This document shows, piece by piece, positions 60,800 through 64,000 of a stretch of DNA of 64,000 nucleotides. The stretch is taken from assembly GCA_038496445.1 (NCBI GenBank), contig JALMLS010000196.1:1-64000 (forward strand), given 5' to 3'. Each line of letters starts with the position of its first letter. Positions within the stretch are counted from its first letter, which is position 1. Under the pieces are notes generated by a model. It saw only the letters and a list, made by a program, of their open reading frames with translations, did not search any database and was not told the DNA's origin. A program made the translations under genes and the position numbers. The stretch comes from Trichosphaerium sp. ATCC 40318. Taxonomy: Eukaryota; Protista; Tubulinea.

Positions 60800-62331
60800 C
60801 TATTTTTTAGCATCTTGACCAGTGTGAATGCCTCCCATTACATTGTTTTTAAAGTCATTCAGCTCTTTACGCATTTCTTGCATTTGTTCAGACATATCTA
60901 CTACCTTCCGATGGTATTGATTTATAGTTTCAGCCAGAGCTGCTATTTGCTCATCGTACCTATTACATATTGAAACAATATCATCTTCTTTTCTCTTCAA
61001 TCTGGTCTCTAACCTCGATATCTTTCGTTCCATTTGACCAGTCTCGATGCTTGTTTTCTTAGGAGCACCGCTCGATTCAATATATTCCCTGGATCCATGA
61101 GGAGAGTATTCCATGGAGCTATTGTTAGACTTTTGAAAGCTATCTTCATCAACTTCGAAAGAGGACATCATGATTTTTGCTTTAATGTTAATCTTCTGCG
61201 GAGCGCATACTACAGCGGTGCCAGTTACTTGATTAGAATTGTTCTTTCCCCACCCATACATAACAGAATCACCTGTAATAGCTATAGTGTGACTATGACC
61301 GGCTGAAACAGTCCAGACATCAATCAAGTTCACGATCTTTGTTGGAATTAAAATATCACCTATTATTTCTTTAACACAAGTACTAGCACTTATTTTTGTT
61401 ACCTTCTGGAGCTAATATAACGGTTCTAGCAGCGTCTGGATAATTTAGATTCTTTCCCCATGAATAAACAATTCCATTAGTGAGGAGTGCATGTGCGTTT
61501 TCAAAGCCTGCTGAAATTTCTATTACGAGCTTCAATTTGGGCACTTTGGTTGGTTGCAAGCGCCTTTTTCTATCTCCTATACCTAATTGACCGCACGAAT
61601 TATGTCCCCAACTATACACTTCTTCACTGGCTGTTAAAGCCAATGAAAATGACCCTCCTGCTGCGATTGACGTAACGTTTCGTAGCTCTGGAATCATCGT
61701 AATATCTTTCTTTGGAGCTGTGTTACCTAATCCTAGCTGACCAGTTTGATTATGTCCAAAAGCGAATACTTGTCCTCTGAATTCAAGCGTAAGGTATCTT
61801 ATTACATCGCACGTGTTCGTACTTGGAAGTTAGGGCAAGTGTGTGCTTCCATCCAGCTGCAATCGAAACAACTTTTGTAGAGAATGGCACTACAGATATT
61901 CCAGATGAAGCGTGACCGAGTTGTGCTTTATGGTTCCATCCCCATGAGTAAACTTGCCCTTGAGCTGCGATAGCAAAGGTGTGAAAGCTACCACAAAATA
62001 TAGCGCTGATAGGCGGGAGGTGAGGTACTTTGATAGGCACGTTAGAATTTTTCTTATCAGGGAATCCAAGCTCGCCATACGAGTTTTTACCCCACGCGTA
62101 TACAGCACCATCTAAGCATAACGCAATACTGTGATGATCGCCGCAGGCGACACCAATGACGTTACTGAGTGCAGAGACGCGTTTCGGCTGTGTCACGTGT
62201 TCGTTGTGCCCAAGGCCTAGTTGGCCATATTTATTGTCTCCCCAGCAGTACACTGATCCATCCTCAGATACAAACATTGAGTGATTTTCCCCTGCTGCTA
62301 CAGGGTATAAATTATCCGCTTGTTCTTGCAT
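60800..62331 (-). CDS. RCC1-repeat protein with C-terminal coiled coil
   Basis: Repeated VY.WG.N..GQLG and A.G..H.LAL motifs; heptad-rich C-terminus; two introns. Confidence 0.92.
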
Positions 62332-62673
62332 TTTGACGGTTTAAAGCGACCTGTAAACCACGTGTTAACGAATATTCAACAGATTTATACTGCGTGAGAA
62401 TTGACGTACAAAATACAAAGGTACAACGTAGGTGGTACTGATGAGGGTGAAGTAGGGAACAGACAGTCAATGAAAGTTGGCTGAGGTGTTTTTTTTTTTA
62501 TCTAAAAGCGGTTAAAGCTTCTGGTAGTTGCGTCGAGTATAATTTTTGTAGGCGAATAGAGCATGTTGTGAAGATACATTTATTTTATGGAGCTTGCAAC
62601 TCAGAATTCAGTTGAGAGGCCTCCTGATGGCCTCTCATACGTAGTGGGATTGTTAAATACAATTATAACGACT

Positions 62674-64000
62674 ATGAACGAAGGCGAGGTACAAAAATTC
62701 CAAAAGCGCCTCGCAACACGCGTGAAAATAGACTTTGTACAATTTTTAATGATATAACGTATTTTCAGGACCTGAAAGCCTGTATGCAAACAACACAGCA
62801 TATTGGCGCTCTGGAGGACCTTCTAGGTGACCCTGTGGCGGCCCAAACGTTCGCGGTTGTACGATGACATAAAATAAATACTAGCTCGCTCAACAGCTAA
62901 ATACCGCGTATAGATGACGTTACCTATCTTGACAGGCACATTGAAATTTGCTGCACAGAAATCATTTGTACAGGTATGTCACTTCTTCTTATCCTCCCTT
63001 ACGTATACGTAGCACCTAGATAGACCAATAGAAGGATGCCTTAGGTGCCTGGTAAAAATATTACCATCAGTGCCGTTAAATGTCAATCTTGTAAGCTTCG
63101 TTTTGAATGCCTTAGCAGGAATCAGATCTGTTTTAGACGACATCATGACTCCGAAGTCTCAGGGTACAGTTTTATATTTGTAATCGATCCAGCGCCTTAT
63201 ACTTAGTATAGACTCAGTGCCAATGTCACGAGATATTGAGCTACTTCTCATGCAAGTGCTTAAAAGCCTATTTGTTCGGATTGGGGAGTGTAAAGGAATG
63301 CTACCTGCTGGAATGTTTAATCGCTTGGCGACACAGATAGGGTATGCGTTAATAGATGGCGCTTGATCATAACTTACTGTGTTTTAGATATACAATCCAT
63401 TATGTATTGCAAGTTGTTACTGAGAGCGTTTCAAGAGAAAATAGACTTATTGGATTGCACGCTCTAGAAGGTCTTATAGGCGTTGTAGAATGCGACTTAC
63501 TAGCAACATTCCTACCAGGTATACTGAGTGCATTGTCAAAGGTCGCCAAAGGAGACTATAAATTAGGCCACAAAGGTAAAAACAAACAACACAGCAAGTC
63601 AATATTTACCTAACATGTCCACGTGCTTAGTAATTGGAAAGGCTTATCACTTATTGGCTAAGACAATTGGTAAAGTTTTACCTGATGCCAGCAACCCAAC
63701 GCTTCATAAAAAAGTGACGCTGGATTCTCTTCGTAATATCAACGCGGGTGAGAGTACACAAGGAAAAGCTCCTACAAAGACTGTACCAAAGCGTACACAA
63801 AACACAATAGAGATGACGAATAGAAGCGAAGCATGGTTCACAGAAGCCTCAAAGTACTGTTACTTCATGATACTCTACTGACGTAGTATGTAGGCGTTTG
63901 AGTAGTATTATTCCTGGTTTGTTTGGTATGAATTATGACCCAGAGAGTCAAGAGACACAAGGTATTTGGGCCAGCCCTGTTTATGAACATTGGGAGCTGC
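62674..64000 (+). CDS. TTI1: TELO2-interacting protein 1 (TTI1)-like HEAT-repeat protein, 5' part
   Basis: FLPGILSALSKVAKGDYKLGHK and NRSEAWF resemble the TTI1 motif FLPGI...GDFKQGH...R..W; runs off the window. Confidence 0.65.

Overview
Eukaryotic, AT-rich (roughly 35% GC by eye), gene-dense DNA with many short spliceosomal introns (mostly 40-120 nt; donors typically GTACG/GTAAG/GTGCG, several GC). The gene content (myosin K-type myosin I, 34-kDa actin-bundling protein family, class II cAMP phosphodiesterase, hybrid histidine kinase, Clu-TPR protein) points to an amoebozoan protist; this is an inference. About 23 genes can be assembled from the ORF fragments. No tRNA, rRNA, CRISPR array or intact transposon was seen. 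Highlights: (1) a tailless, CaaX-ended MyoK-like myosin whose Gly/Pro/Arg insert is in a different motor loop from Dictyostelium MyoK, plus an acidic insert on its own exon; (2) two actin-bundling paralogs that differ by exactly one heptad in each of two helical arms; (3) an inverted pair of secreted PPTTx-stalk genes with a homogenised central tract and a cassette-like 7xPPTTE exon; (4) strong enrichment of CACGTG in introns and promoters, and recurrent GC-AG introns; (5) a GH74-like gene with a one-base frameshift, and intronless candidates for horizontal or viral origin. Gene models were built by eye, so the ends of multi-exon genes are approximate where stated.
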